Assembly: GCA_013141065.1 (NCBI GenBank)
Contig: JABFRR010000003.1
Location: 252,415-316,414, forward strand
Direction: 5' to 3'
DNA: 64,000 bases
DNA from: Bacteriovoracaceae bacterium
GTDB lineage: Bacteria > Bdellovibrionota > Bacteriovoracia > Bacteriovoracales > Bacteriovoracaceae
Shown here: positions 1-9,531 of the stretch, piece after piece
Numbering within the stretch: the stretch's first letter is position 1
Layout: each line of letters opens with the position of its first letter
Position numbers and translations under genes: made by a program
Notes under the pieces: model-generated
Database searches by the model: none
What the model saw: only the letters and a program-made list of their open reading frames with translations
What the model was told of the DNA's origin: nothing

Positions 1-1
1 T

Positions 2-763
2 ATTTATGTTCAAAGAGAGCTTGGTTTAAAAAACGCAAAAGCTTTTGATATTTCAGCTCGTTGTTCAAATAAAATTTTAGGTTTGCATTTAGCAAAATCT
101 TTGATGCTTACAGATCCTAAGTTAAAACGTGTTTTATTATGTGGTGGACATAAAACAGGTGATCTCGTTAATTACAAAGATCCCAATACCAGATTTCTCT
201 ATAACTTGGCAGATGGTGGTTCGGCCATATTACTAGAAAAAAGTGAAATAGCCTGCAATCCACTTTTAGAATCATCAATTATTACAGACGGTGATTTCAC
301 GACCGATGTCATTGTGCCGGCCGGAGGAACAAGACATCCTCTACGTGATCAACCAGAGATGAGCATGACCTATTTACAAGTTCCTGACGTCGATGGAATG
401 AGAGAGCGCCTTGAAAAAAGATCTATCGTTAATTTTCTTCAAGTCATTAGAGAGGCTTCACTTAATGAACTTAAAAAACCAATAGATTATCTTGCACTTT
501 TACATATGAAAAAATCAGCCCATGATGCAATTTTAGAACCTATGGAATTAGCGCAATCTCAGTCGATTTATCTTGATCATTACGGCCATTTCGGCGCTCC
601 AGATCAAGTGCTTTCATTGGGGCTGGCGGAAAAAAGAGGACTCGTTAAAAAAGGCGATCATGTTGTTTTAGCTTCTGCTGGAATCGGTTACATGTGGTCG
701 GCAATGAGTTTAAGGTGGGATGAAGCTACGTTTAATACAAATGAATTACAAGATTTAGGTTAA
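2..763 (+). CDS. 3-oxoacyl-ACP synthase III (FabH-like) protein, 5'-partial (frame open to the window edge)
   Basis: The frame upstream of the track start (83) reads IYVQRELGLKNAKAFDISARCSNKILG, including the catalytic-Cys motif AFD.SA.CS. C-terminus LVKKGDHVVLASAGIGYMW.A is typical of KAS III. Confidence 0.85.
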   Translation: MYVQRELGLKNAKAFDISARCSNKILGLHLAKSLMLTDPKLKRVLLCGGHKTGDLVNYKDPNTRFLYNLADGGSAILLEKSEIACNPLLESSIITDGDFTTDVIVPAGGTRHPLRDQPEMSMTYLQVPDVDGMRERLEKRSIVNFLQVIREASLNELKKPIDYLALLHMKKSAHDAILEPMELAQSQSIYLDHYGHFGAPDQVLSLGLAEKRGLVKKGDHVVLASAGIGYMWSAMSLRWDEATFNTNELQDLG

Positions 764-784
764 TAAATTTATAAGGAGATTTTT

Positions 785-1516
785 ATGTTAGGTTTAACAA
801 ACAAAAGAGTATTTATTACTGGAGCTGCAAGTGGAATTGGGCGTGCAACGGCAGAAAGATTTTATAAAGAAGGATCAGAATTGGTTTTAATTGATATGCC
901 AACTCTTGAAGCAGCAGAGCTTCAAAGCCTTTTTCCCAATAAAATGACTTACATCCAAGGGGATGTCACAACTTTAGATGTTCAAAATAAAATTAAAGCT
1001 GAAGCAGAAAAAGGTATTGATGTTCTTGTGAATAATGCCGGAATTACGAGAGATGCAACTTTATTAAAAATGACTGATGAACAGTGGGATTCAGTCATTG
1101 CGGTTAACTTAACGGCAATTTTTAAATTGACTCGTTTAGCGGCTGAAAAAATGAAAGCTCAAGGTCGCGGTGGTGTTATTTTAAATGCAGCCTCTGTTGT
1201 TGCACATTATGGTAATTTTGGACAAGCGAATTATTCTGCAACTAAAGCGGGAGTGATTGCTATGACCAAAACACTTTCAAAAGAACTTGGTAAAGACCAA
1301 ATAAGAGTCAATGCCGTGGCCCCTGGATTTATTGCAACACCAATGGTTGCTAAAATGCCAGAAAAAGTTTTAACAATGATGGAAGAAAAATCTCCTCTTC
1401 GTCGTTTAGGAAAACCAGAAGAAATTGCAGCAGCCTACGCATTTTTAGCGAGTGACGATGCAAAATATATAACAGGAACAACACTAAATGTTGATGGTGG
1501 TACAATATTAGGCTAG
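785..1516 (+). CDS. fabG: 3-oxoacyl-ACP reductase (SDR)
   Basis: TGAASGIG, NNAGITRD, GNFGQANYSATKAG, NAVAPGFI motifs; GGAG RBS. Confidence 0.85.
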   Translation: MLGLTNKRVFITGAASGIGRATAERFYKEGSELVLIDMPTLEAAELQSLFPNKMTYIQGDVTTLDVQNKIKAEAEKGIDVLVNNAGITRDATLLKMTDEQWDSVIAVNLTAIFKLTRLAAEKMKAQGRGGVILNAASVVAHYGNFGQANYSATKAGVIAMTKTLSKELGKDQIRVNAVAPGFIATPMVAKMPEKVLTMMEEKSPLRRLGKPEEIAAAYAFLASDDAKYITGTTLNVDGGTILG

Positions 1517-1584
1517 AACTTTTTTCGTCATTAGAAGGCGAAAAAAAACAGATTACAGACCCGACGATTGTTTTAGTCAACGGA

Positions 1585-2307
1585 TTGTTTGCTGATCTAT
1601 CTTCATATGACGGAGCCTGTTTTTATCTTAAAGAGAAGTTTCAAGTCTTAAGATATGATTGTCGTGGACAAGGTAAATCACCTAAGCCATTGGGGATTTA
1701 TCACCTTAAGGACCATGTTTTAGATTTGGCGAATCTTTTAAATGATAAAAAACTCGGAAAGATAATTCTTGTTGGTCTTAGTAATGGTGCAAGAATAGCG
1801 ATGGAATACGCCAGGCTCTTTCCTGAGAATGTAGTGGGGGTGTGTGCCTGTGATTGTTTTGATATTCCCACACCGATGATTAAAGCAAAGTTAGGTAGCT
1901 GGTTAATGGCCCATGAAGTTGGAGGCGCCTTACATCGATTCGATGTTGCGACACCATGGATATGGGGAGAAGATGTCTTTAACGAAAAAAGTGAATTGTT
2001 TTTAAGCTATCGTGAAAAAGCAGGAAGTTTACCTGATCACGTAGTTAAAGGCCTCTTAAAGGGGGCAATGGAAACTGATATTGATGTAAGTGAACTATCG
2101 TGCCCAGTGCTTTTTGTTGCTGGTCGAGAGGATCTACTGACACCACCTTTTTTGCATGAAAAAATGTCTAGTCGTGCAAAAAAAGGAGAATTTAAGATGT
2201 CCGAAGGAGGGCACGCAGGTCTTATTGAAAGACCTGCCATTATGGAAAAACAAATATTACCTTGGATAGAAAGTTTACAAGAAAAATTACGAGAGAATTT
2301 AAAATGA
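1585..2307 (+). CDS. alpha/beta hydrolase (true start probably upstream, see findings)
   Basis: GLSNG nucleophile elbow, YDCRGQG, GREDLLTP, GGHAG. In-frame PTIVLVNG begins at 1561. Confidence 0.85.
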   Translation: MFADLSSYDGACFYLKEKFQVLRYDCRGQGKSPKPLGIYHLKDHVLDLANLLNDKKLGKIILVGLSNGARIAMEYARLFPENVVGVCACDCFDIPTPMIKAKLGSWLMAHEVGGALHRFDVATPWIWGEDVFNEKSELFLSYREKAGSLPDHVVKGLLKGAMETDIDVSELSCPVLFVAGREDLLTPPFLHEKMSSRAKKGEFKMSEGGHAGLIERPAIMEKQILPWIESLQEKLRENLK

Positions 2308-3788
2308 ATTACTGGATCGATTTCTTAGAGAAAAATGCATTAGAATTTCCTAATAAAATTGCCATCATTGATCAAGAATCAGCGAGGCGACTGACATATA
2401 AAGAACTCAATCATGAAGTTGAATTATGGAGTTCTGTTCTTTTGTCTCAAAATGTATCTAAAAAAGATTCCGTCGCATTTTTAAATTCTCAAAACTGCTT
2501 GGCCCATTTGACCTTAATGCTGGCGTGTTCAAAAATAGGTGCCTTATTTGTTCCCTTGAATTTTAGATTGTCCAAATCTGAAATTGAAGAAGTTGTCATT
2601 CGCTTGGAACCTAAGCTTTACATTGGTAACGGAGACAAGTTTCTCAACGTTACAACTCAGTATTTAAATTTACAAACTGTAGATTTTTCACTTCATGAAA
2701 GTAAAATTCAAAAAAATAAATTTGATAAATCGGGTTTGGATGAAACTATTCTCATGCTTTTTACTTCGGGATCAACTGGAGTTCCTAAAGGTGTAATGTT
2801 TCATGGAGAAATGCTTTTAAGTAATCAAGTAGAGACATGTAAAGGTTGGGGGCTGACTAGTGATGATGTCACTTTAGTAGAAACACCTTTCTTCCATACT
2901 GGTGGATACAATGTTTTACTATTGCCTCTTCTGTACTTAGGAGGAACTGCTATTCTCGCTCAATCTTTTAATCCTGATAATGTATTTGACTGTATTGAAA
3001 AAGAAAAAGTTTCCGTATACTTTGGTGTTCCTACAATGTTTCAAATGTTATTAGAAAAGCCTCGTTTCAAAACTTGTGATTTTTCTTCTCTGCGTTTTTT
3101 CATTTCTGGTGGAGCCGCTTGTTCAGTGCCGATGATAGAAGAATACCAAAAAAAGAATTTAATGTTTAAACAAGGATTCGGTCTCACTGAGGTAGGTCCC
3201 AATTATTTTTTATTAGATGAAAAAGATGCCATTAGAAAATCGGGTTCTATTGGTAAACCAATGCCCCATTCAATTGTTCGCGTAGAAACGAAAGACGGTA
3301 AAGAGGCCATGGTAAACGAACCTGGTGAGCTTCTCATTACAGGCCCACATGTCTGCGCAGGATATTATCAAAATGCCGAAGCATTTAAAGAAACTTATAA
3401 AAATGGTTATTTCTACACTGGCGATTTAGTAAAATTTGATGAAGAAGGTTTTTTCTATGTCGTGGGAAGAATCAAAGACATGTACATTTCAGGCGGGGAA
3501 AATGTATACCCTGGTGAAGTTGAAAGACAAATTACTTCTCATGCAGAAATAAGTGAGGCAGTGGTTGTCTCAGTTCCTAGTGAAAAGTGGGGAGAAGTTG
3601 GTTTTGCATTTTTAAAAACTAATTTAGAGACAATGACGATTGAAGCATTACGCGACTATTTAAATCCGCTATTGTCCCGCTATAAACATCCGCATTATAT
3701 TTGTGCTCTCAAGGATTTTCCATTACTCGCTAATGGTAAAGTCGATAGAAAGATCCTCAAGAAAAAAGCACTAGAAATAGTCGTTTAA
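2304..3788 (+). CDS. acyl-CoA synthetase / AMP-binding enzyme (long-chain fatty acid- or MenE-like)
   Basis: FTSGSTGVPKG, QGFGLTE, YTGD, GRIKDMYISGGENVYP, NGKVDR. ATG at 2304 overlaps the upstream TGA (ATGA). Confidence 0.9.
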   Translation: MNYWIDFLEKNALEFPNKIAIIDQESARRLTYKELNHEVELWSSVLLSQNVSKKDSVAFLNSQNCLAHLTLMLACSKIGALFVPLNFRLSKSEIEEVVIRLEPKLYIGNGDKFLNVTTQYLNLQTVDFSLHESKIQKNKFDKSGLDETILMLFTSGSTGVPKGVMFHGEMLLSNQVETCKGWGLTSDDVTLVETPFFHTGGYNVLLLPLLYLGGTAILAQSFNPDNVFDCIEKEKVSVYFGVPTMFQMLLEKPRFKTCDFSSLRFFISGGAACSVPMIEEYQKKNLMFKQGFGLTEVGPNYFLLDEKDAIRKSGSIGKPMPHSIVRVETKDGKEAMVNEPGELLITGPHVCAGYYQNAEAFKETYKNGYFYTGDLVKFDEEGFFYVVGRIKDMYISGGENVYPGEVERQITSHAEISEAVVVSVPSEKWGEVGFAFLKTNLETMTIEALRDYLNPLLSRYKHPHYICALKDFPLLANGKVDRKILKKKALEIVV

Positions 3789-3910
3789 TTTTTATTTTTT
3801 GATTTTACTTTTACACGGACTTTTGATTTTTCAATATTTGTTTTTGTTACAAAAATTATCATAACTAAACCAGTTCCAACGACAACGGTAACGATATCTA
3901 AAATGCTCAT
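3785..3910 (-). CDS. 41-aa small single-pass membrane protein (not in ORF track)
   Basis: GGAG-N5-ATG; MSILDIVTVVVGTGLVMIIFVTKTNIEKSKVRVKVKSKNKN*, hydrophobic helix plus basic tail. Confidence 0.6.
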   Translation of the reverse strand: MSILDIVTVVVGTGLVMIIFVTKTNIEKSKVRVKVKSKNKN

Positions 3911-3981
3911 ACGCTCTCCATGATTAATGCTGAGATCAAAATCTCTAGAGCTTTATCGGCAGAGTTAAGAGATGTCTTAAA

Positions 3982-4263
3982 TTAGTCTTTTGTAATGATA
4001 TCAAGTAGCTTGCTTTCATCTTCGGGACGCAAGCCTAAAAACCATTCGCCTTTTGGGTATAAAACACCGGCAATACCTGACTGACATTCTCCTAAACATG
4101 TGACTGAAGAAACTTTTACCGAGTCTTTGAGCTCTGATTCTCGGATCTTATTTTTAAGATTTCTCCTCAATGTTACCGCTTCTTCAGGTGAAGACTCGAC
4201 TCCACTGGGCTTAGAATAGGTACAACTAGTGCAGATAAAAAGATGTTTTTTAATTTGATTCAT
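3982..4263 (-). CDS. DUF1636 / thioredoxin-like (2Fe-2S) metal-binding protein
   Basis: HLFICTSC ... VSSVTCLGECQSG pattern; ATG at 4263 preferred over 4344. Confidence 0.65.
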   Translation of the reverse strand: MNQIKKHLFICTSCTYSKPSGVESSPEEAVTLRRNLKNKIRESELKDSVKVSSVTCLGECQSGIAGVLYPKGEWFLGLRPEDESKLLDIITKD

Positions 4264-4367
4264 AAAAAATAAATATTCTTCGGTTAATATTCTCTGAAAG
4301 TATTTTCTTAATTGTATAATATCGATATCATATTTAAGACACATTTTTTTACGACAAGAGGTTTATT

Positions 4368-5780
4368 ATGGGGCTCGGGCAAAGACAAAAGGCCTTAGAG
4401 ATTAATCTCAACGCCTATATCTATGGAACTTTTGCAGAAATCGGTGCAGGACAGGAAGCTGCTCGTCATTTTTTTAGGGCCGGTGGTGCTGCGGGCACTA
4501 TTGCTAAGAGTATTTCAGCCTATGACATGACAATGAGTGATGCAATTTATGGAAAAGAAACTTCCGGGCGCTACGTTTGTGAAGAACGCCTTCAAAAGAT
4601 GCTTGATACAGAGTACGAAATTTTAATATCAAGACTTCATGAAATAAAACCCCCAGAAACCACCTATTTTGCTTTTGCCAATACTGTATCGGCCAAGTCT
4701 TTTAAAGGAACTGGGGAGAATCATGGTTGGTTGGGAATTAAATTTCAACATAAACCAGGGGCAACTCCTTCTCAAGTCATCATGCATGTAAGCATGCTAG
4801 ACGCAGAAAATATTCAACAACAAGAAGCTCTGGGATATATTGGAGTGAATCTTGTTTATGCAGCTTACTTCTTGGCCACTGATCGCGAAAAATTTATTTC
4901 TAGTTTGATGGATGGTTTGACAACTGCTCGAATTAAAATTGATATGATCAGCGTAAAAGGTGAAGCCTTCAAAGGAATTGACGGCCGTCTTTTGTGTCTT
5001 GAATTAGTAAAGATGAAACTTTGTGAAGCCGTCATTTTTGACGTAGATGGAAAAGTTTTACAAGCTTCTGAAGTTCTTTATAAGAAAAATGTTTTAGTGG
5101 TGAGAGGTGGTTACAGGCCGCCTACTAATCTTAGTTTAAATATGCTTGAATGTGGTCTAAAGAAATTCAAGTCAACTCTAGAGCCAGCCGAAAAAGAAAA
5201 CATTATTGTGATTCCAGAAATTAGTATGTCGCAGCTATTGGATAGAGGTGTCGTTGATAATGAAGATTTTTTGGCACGAATTGATTTATTATCTGCTCTT
5301 GGACAAAAAGTCCTTATTTCTAATTCAGAAAGTTATAGTGATTTAAATTATTTTTTTACAAAATCTTCGAAGAAAAAAATTGCCTTTGTTATGGCCTCGT
5401 ATAATCTTGAGGAAATATTAAATAAAACTCGTTATGATGAAAGTCGATGTGGATTGGGATTACTAGGATCGATGGGGAAATTGTTTGAACCGAATACCAG
5501 GTTATTTATCTATCCTGCACGGGAAGATGAGGCGAGCAAAATACAAACAATTAATTCTATAACAGTTGATAAAGAACTTAATTCGCTTTTAAATTATTTT
5601 AAAGAAAATAAATATATAGAAGATATCACTGATTATGATCCGGCAGTTATATCAATTTGGTCACGAAGGGTTCTAAAAATGATTCAAGAAGGATCTTCTG
5701 GCTGGGAGAGTTTTGTTCCAGATTCTGTGGCAAAAACGGTTAAAGCAAAATGTTTATTTGGAGCAAAGTGTGATGTTTAA
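4368..5780 (+). CDS. uncharacterised nucleotidyltransferase-like protein (CinA-like N-terminus, NadD-like C-terminus)
   Basis: YGTFAEIGAGQE.ARHFFRAGGA family motif; VVRGGYRPPT; C-terminal SIWSRRV..MI.EG...W..FVP..VA..V....LF resembles the NadD tail. Confidence 0.6.
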   Translation: MGLGQRQKALEINLNAYIYGTFAEIGAGQEAARHFFRAGGAAGTIAKSISAYDMTMSDAIYGKETSGRYVCEERLQKMLDTEYEILISRLHEIKPPETTYFAFANTVSAKSFKGTGENHGWLGIKFQHKPGATPSQVIMHVSMLDAENIQQQEALGYIGVNLVYAAYFLATDREKFISSLMDGLTTARIKIDMISVKGEAFKGIDGRLLCLELVKMKLCEAVIFDVDGKVLQASEVLYKKNVLVVRGGYRPPTNLSLNMLECGLKKFKSTLEPAEKENIIVIPEISMSQLLDRGVVDNEDFLARIDLLSALGQKVLISNSESYSDLNYFFTKSSKKKIAFVMASYNLEEILNKTRYDESRCGLGLLGSMGKLFEPNTRLFIYPAREDEASKIQTINSITVDKELNSLLNYFKENKYIEDITDYDPAVISIWSRRVLKMIQEGSSGWESFVPDSVAKTVKAKCLFGAKCDV

Positions 5781-6597
5781 AAAATGTATTATTTTTCTCA
5801 GCGTTTTATTTTTTTCAACTTCGGCCTTTTCTTGGGGGAAAACCGGTCACCGAGTCATTGGTGAAATTGCTCAAAGAAACTTAAGTAGTGAAGCAAAAAA
5901 AGGAGTGGAATTGCTCTTAGGCAGTGAGGACCTGGCACGTGTTTCAACTTGGGCAGATGAGATTAGGTCTATTCGTAAGTATGATTACGCAGCCCCTTGG
6001 CATTATTCTAGCATCCCAACAGGAAAAACATATTTTGATCAAAAACGTTCTAAAGATGGAGATGTGATTGAGTCGCTATTTCGTTTTGAAGAAACTCTTC
6101 GTGATTCAAAAAAATCTAAGTCAGAAAAAGCAGAGTCATTAAAATTTTTAGTTCACATGATGGGGGACTTGCATCAACCACTTCATGTTGGAATTGCTGA
6201 AGACCGTGGTGGAAATACTGTCAAAGTGAAATGGTTTAAAACTGAAACTAATCTTCACGCATTATGGGACGAAAGCATTGTTGATTTTGAACAGTTCTCT
6301 TACAGTGAATACGCCAATCAACTTAACCATTTTTCTAAAGATGAAAAAACCAATTTTGTGGCAGGTACATTTTTAGATTGGGCCCGTGAATCTATGGAGC
6401 TTAGAACTTTGGTTTATGATGTCGGTACACCAGAAAGTGTTGGCTACGAGTACCATCATAAAATTAAGCCTGCAATGGAATTGCGAATGAGACAAGCAGG
6501 TCTTAGACTTGCTCACATTTTAAACAGAGTGTTTAAAAATGAAAAAATGCAAAAAGATTATTCTGATCTTCACACAAAAGTAAAAGAGAATATATAA
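5773..6597 (+). CDS. secreted S1/P1 nuclease
   Basis: Signal peptide, WGKTGHRVIG, TWADEIR, WHY, HMMGDLHQPLH, NLHALWD. Confidence 0.92.
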   Translation: MFKKCIIFLSVLFFSTSAFSWGKTGHRVIGEIAQRNLSSEAKKGVELLLGSEDLARVSTWADEIRSIRKYDYAAPWHYSSIPTGKTYFDQKRSKDGDVIESLFRFEETLRDSKKSKSEKAESLKFLVHMMGDLHQPLHVGIAEDRGGNTVKVKWFKTETNLHALWDESIVDFEQFSYSEYANQLNHFSKDEKTNFVAGTFLDWARESMELRTLVYDVGTPESVGYEYHHKIKPAMELRMRQAGLRLAHILNRVFKNEKMQKDYSDLHTKVKENI

Positions 6598-6611
6598 ATT
6601 AAGAGGGTACT

Positions 6612-7013
6612 ATGGCCTTAGATAAAAAAATTCAACGAGATGTACTTATTTGTGATGATGATAAGGGGATCTGTGAAATCCTCAAAGAGTATTGCGTAAA
6701 TATGGGGTGTTTTAAGAATATTGTCGTTGCTCATGATGGAATTACTGCAACTCAAAAATTACGAAATCAAAAGTTTGCACTAGTCTTACTCGATATCAGT
6801 ATGCCTAAAAAAACTGGTTTTGATCTTATTGGTGAATTTGTACCAGGATCTCTAAATGTAAAAGAGAATATTTTGATAGTTTCTGGAACACTTGAAAAAG
6901 ATTTAATTGCAAAGATCATTCAAAATAAAGTTACGAATTTTATGGTTAAACCTTTTGACGAAACTCAATTTCAAGAAAAAGTTTTAAAAATACTCTCAAC
7001 TCAAAAAGTATAA
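6612..7013 (+). CDS. single-domain response regulator (CheY-like)
   Basis: LICDDD, LLDISMP phosphoacceptor, FMVKPF. Confidence 0.88.
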   Translation: MALDKKIQRDVLICDDDKGICEILKEYCVNMGCFKNIVVAHDGITATQKLRNQKFALVLLDISMPKKTGFDLIGEFVPGSLNVKENILIVSGTLEKDLIAKIIQNKVTNFMVKPFDETQFQEKVLKILSTQKV

Positions 7014-7034
7014 ATTTTTTCCCTAGGATAATTT

Positions 7035-7385
7035 ATGTCTCAAGAAACGATTAAACTGGCACCTGGTGAATTTTTACTACACGAAGGCGACCAGAGTACG
7101 GAGATGTATTATCTAATTTCAGGAACTTTAAACGTCATTAAAAGAAAGGGTGATAAGACTGCGACCATTGGATCTATTATCGCAGGTGAGTTGGTTGGAG
7201 AAATGTCTTTTTTAGACCGAGAACCAAGATGTGCAACAGTTCAAGCACTCAGTGAATGTACTCTTATCGTTATCCCTAACGAAAACTTTGAAGATAATCT
7301 AAGCAAGATGCCAAAATGGTTTAGAGCACTGATTAGTACCCTATTGGACCGCTTGAGAAGGGCCAATGTGAGAATCAAAATTTAA
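7035..7385 (+). CDS. cyclic-nucleotide-binding domain protein
   Basis: LLHEGD, YYLISG, GELVGEMSFLDREPRCATV. Confidence 0.88.
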   Translation: MSQETIKLAPGEFLLHEGDQSTEMYYLISGTLNVIKRKGDKTATIGSIIAGELVGEMSFLDREPRCATVQALSECTLIVIPNENFEDNLSKMPKWFRALISTLLDRLRRANVRIKI

Positions 7386-7965
7386 TGTGGAAATGTTTTT
7401 CAATTAACAACTTTTCAGTGTGAGAAAATTGATTATTATCGATTGATAAATGTACTAGGTCTAACTTTTCTTTAAGTTTAAGAGGAATTGTTTTTAGTCT
7501 GTTACTTTCTAGATTTAATCGTTTTAAATTTTTTAATTCAAATATACTTTCGGGGATTTCATCTATTATATTATGGCCGAGGTCTAGATTGTATAGTTCT
7601 GGAAATCGACCTAAAAATCTTTCAAGAGTTTTATTAGGCAAAAAATTATGTCCCAATATTAGTGTTTCGATGAAAGACTCACTATCAAGATCAGGTAAGG
7701 TTTGTATTCTATTATTTTTAAGACTTAAATATTTTAGCTTTGGTAGTAAAAAAATATCTTTTGGAAGATTAGAAACTTTTGTTGAGACAAGTGACAATTT
7801 TTTTAAATTCTTTAGTATGGAGATATCATCTGGAAAAAAACTAAAATTACCCCCAATAATTTCCCAGTCTGTTACGTCCCATTGATTCAAGACTTCAATA
7901 GGAAACGACGTGTCCTTATCACTGCATCTTGTAATTATTTTTTTGTCATAACGCTGAACAAACAT
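7375..7965 (-). CDS. leucine-rich repeat protein
   Basis: Repeated LxxLxLxxNxIxxLP units. Confidence 0.88.
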   Translation of the reverse strand: MFVQRYDKKIITRCSDKDTSFPIEVLNQWDVTDWEIIGGNFSFFPDDISILKNLKKLSLVSTKVSNLPKDIFLLPKLKYLSLKNNRIQTLPDLDSESFIETLILGHNFLPNKTLERFLGRFPELYNLDLGHNIIDEIPESIFELKNLKRLNLESNRLKTIPLKLKEKLDLVHLSIDNNQFSHTEKLLIEKHFHIKF

Positions 7966-7968
7966 GGT

Positions 7969-8313
7969 TTATAGATCCTGAACATACTTATTATGTGAAT
8001 CGACTAATATACACTTTGGAATTATTGGACGATCACTTAAAGCGTAACTGAAAATGATAATTTCTTCACCCTTTTTTATGAGAAGCGCTGCTGCACCATT
8101 CACGCAAATCATTCCAGTTCCCCTAGTGCCAGCAATGACATAAGTTTCTAGTCTGTTACCACTGGTGTTACTGACAACTGTAACTTTTTGACCGGCCCAC
8201 AAATCAATTCTGTCGAGTAAATCTTGGTCAATTGTAATGCTGCCTATATAAGAAAGGTCTGCTTGTGTAACGGTAGCTTTATGAATTTTACTTTGTAATA
8301 TTTCTCTTAACAT
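7969..8313 (-). CDS. panD: aspartate 1-decarboxylase
   Basis: MLREILQSKIHKATVT, YIGSITID (Gly-Ser cleavage site), RLETYVI, ICVNGAAA. Confidence 0.93.
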   Translation of the reverse strand: MLREILQSKIHKATVTQADLSYIGSITIDQDLLDRIDLWAGQKVTVVSNTSGNRLETYVIAGTRGTGMICVNGAAALLIKKGEEIIIFSYALSDRPIIPKCILVDSHNKYVQDL

Positions 8314-8323
8314 TTTTTGATTC

Positions 8324-9526
8324 TCACAATCCATTAGGTCCTGGAATGCCCAGGAAATATAGTATAGAAGTCATCGGCCCATGACTTAAGTGTTGTTGTG
8401 CTTCTTTTTTTACAATATCTTTTGCATGAAAGGCGATTCCTAGTCCGGCAGCTGCAAGCATTGGTAGGTCATTGGCCCCGTCTCCAATAGCGACAACTTG
8501 TTCTAGTGAAATATTTTCTTGTTGAGAGATCAGTTTAACTAAAATGGCTTTTTGGTTGGCATTTACAATTGTTCCAATTACATTTCCTGTAAGTTTACCG
8601 TCCTTAATTTCTAGTTCATTAGCAAAAGAATAATCCAGGCCTAATTTCTTTTTAAGCGCGTCTGCAAAAAAGGTGAAGCCCCCAGAAATGAGCGCGACTT
8701 TATATCCTAAAAGTTTTATGGTTGAAATAAATTCTTCTACTCCTTGAGTAAGAGGAAGATTTTCTAATACATTTTGCATTCGTGAGACTTCCAGGCCTTT
8801 AAGTTTTGAAACCCTTAGTTTAAGGGACTCATCAAAATCTATTTCACCATTCATTGCTCTGTGAGTGATTTCTTTGACTTCCGAGCCGACACCGCACAGT
8901 TCTGCTAATTCATCAATGACTTCTGCTTGAATAAGTGTAGAGTCCATATCAAAGACGATCATGCGTTTATTTCTTCTGAAGACGTTATCTTTTAAGAAAG
9001 CAACATCAATTTTATGCATTGTTGAAACTTGCATTAGATCAGATTTGAGGGCTTTAGTGTCTAAGGTTTTGGGAATTGATGTTGAGATCTCCATAGATGA
9101 AAATTCACGAGGAGACACTTTATCAATACGTTCAATGTTAATTTTATACTTCGCGAGAATTTGAGCAAGATCGGCGATAAAACTAGCAGTAACAATGTGT
9201 GGAGAAACACAAGTGACGATAAATTTTTCACTTTCCATTTCAATAGTGACAACTTGTGTTTCGACAACTTTATAACTGAGTGTGAGTCCCATAAAGTTTG
9301 CATCAAACAGTAAATCTTTTAAGACATTTCCGTTGTGACTATTTTCTAGGCCATTAAATCCTAAAACAAAACTGAGTGATAAAAGTCCGTGAGTAACGGC
9401 CTGACCCATGTCTAGAATATCGACTTCATAGCTACTAATAATTTTCATAAGACGGGCGGTAATACCAGGGCCATCGGGCCCACTGACAGTGACTAGAATT
9501 GTTTTTCCACTTAAGAGTTGATTCAC
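8324..9526 (-). CDS. serB: phosphoserine phosphatase with ACT domains
   Basis: VSGPDGPGIT ACT domain; FDMDSTLIQAEVIDELA; GDGANDLPML. Confidence 0.93.
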   Translation of the reverse strand: MNQLLSGKTILVTVSGPDGPGITARLMKIISSYEVDILDMGQAVTHGLLSLSFVLGFNGLENSHNGNVLKDLLFDANFMGLTLSYKVVETQVVTIEMESEKFIVTCVSPHIVTASFIADLAQILAKYKINIERIDKVSPREFSSMEISTSIPKTLDTKALKSDLMQVSTMHKIDVAFLKDNVFRRNKRMIVFDMDSTLIQAEVIDELAELCGVGSEVKEITHRAMNGEIDFDESLKLRVSKLKGLEVSRMQNVLENLPLTQGVEEFISTIKLLGYKVALISGGFTFFADALKKKLGLDYSFANELEIKDGKLTGNVIGTIVNANQKAILVKLISQQENISLEQVVAIGDGANDLPMLAAAGLGIAFHAKDIVKKEAQQHLSHGPMTSILYFLGIPGPNGL

Positions 9527-9531
9527 TTTAA

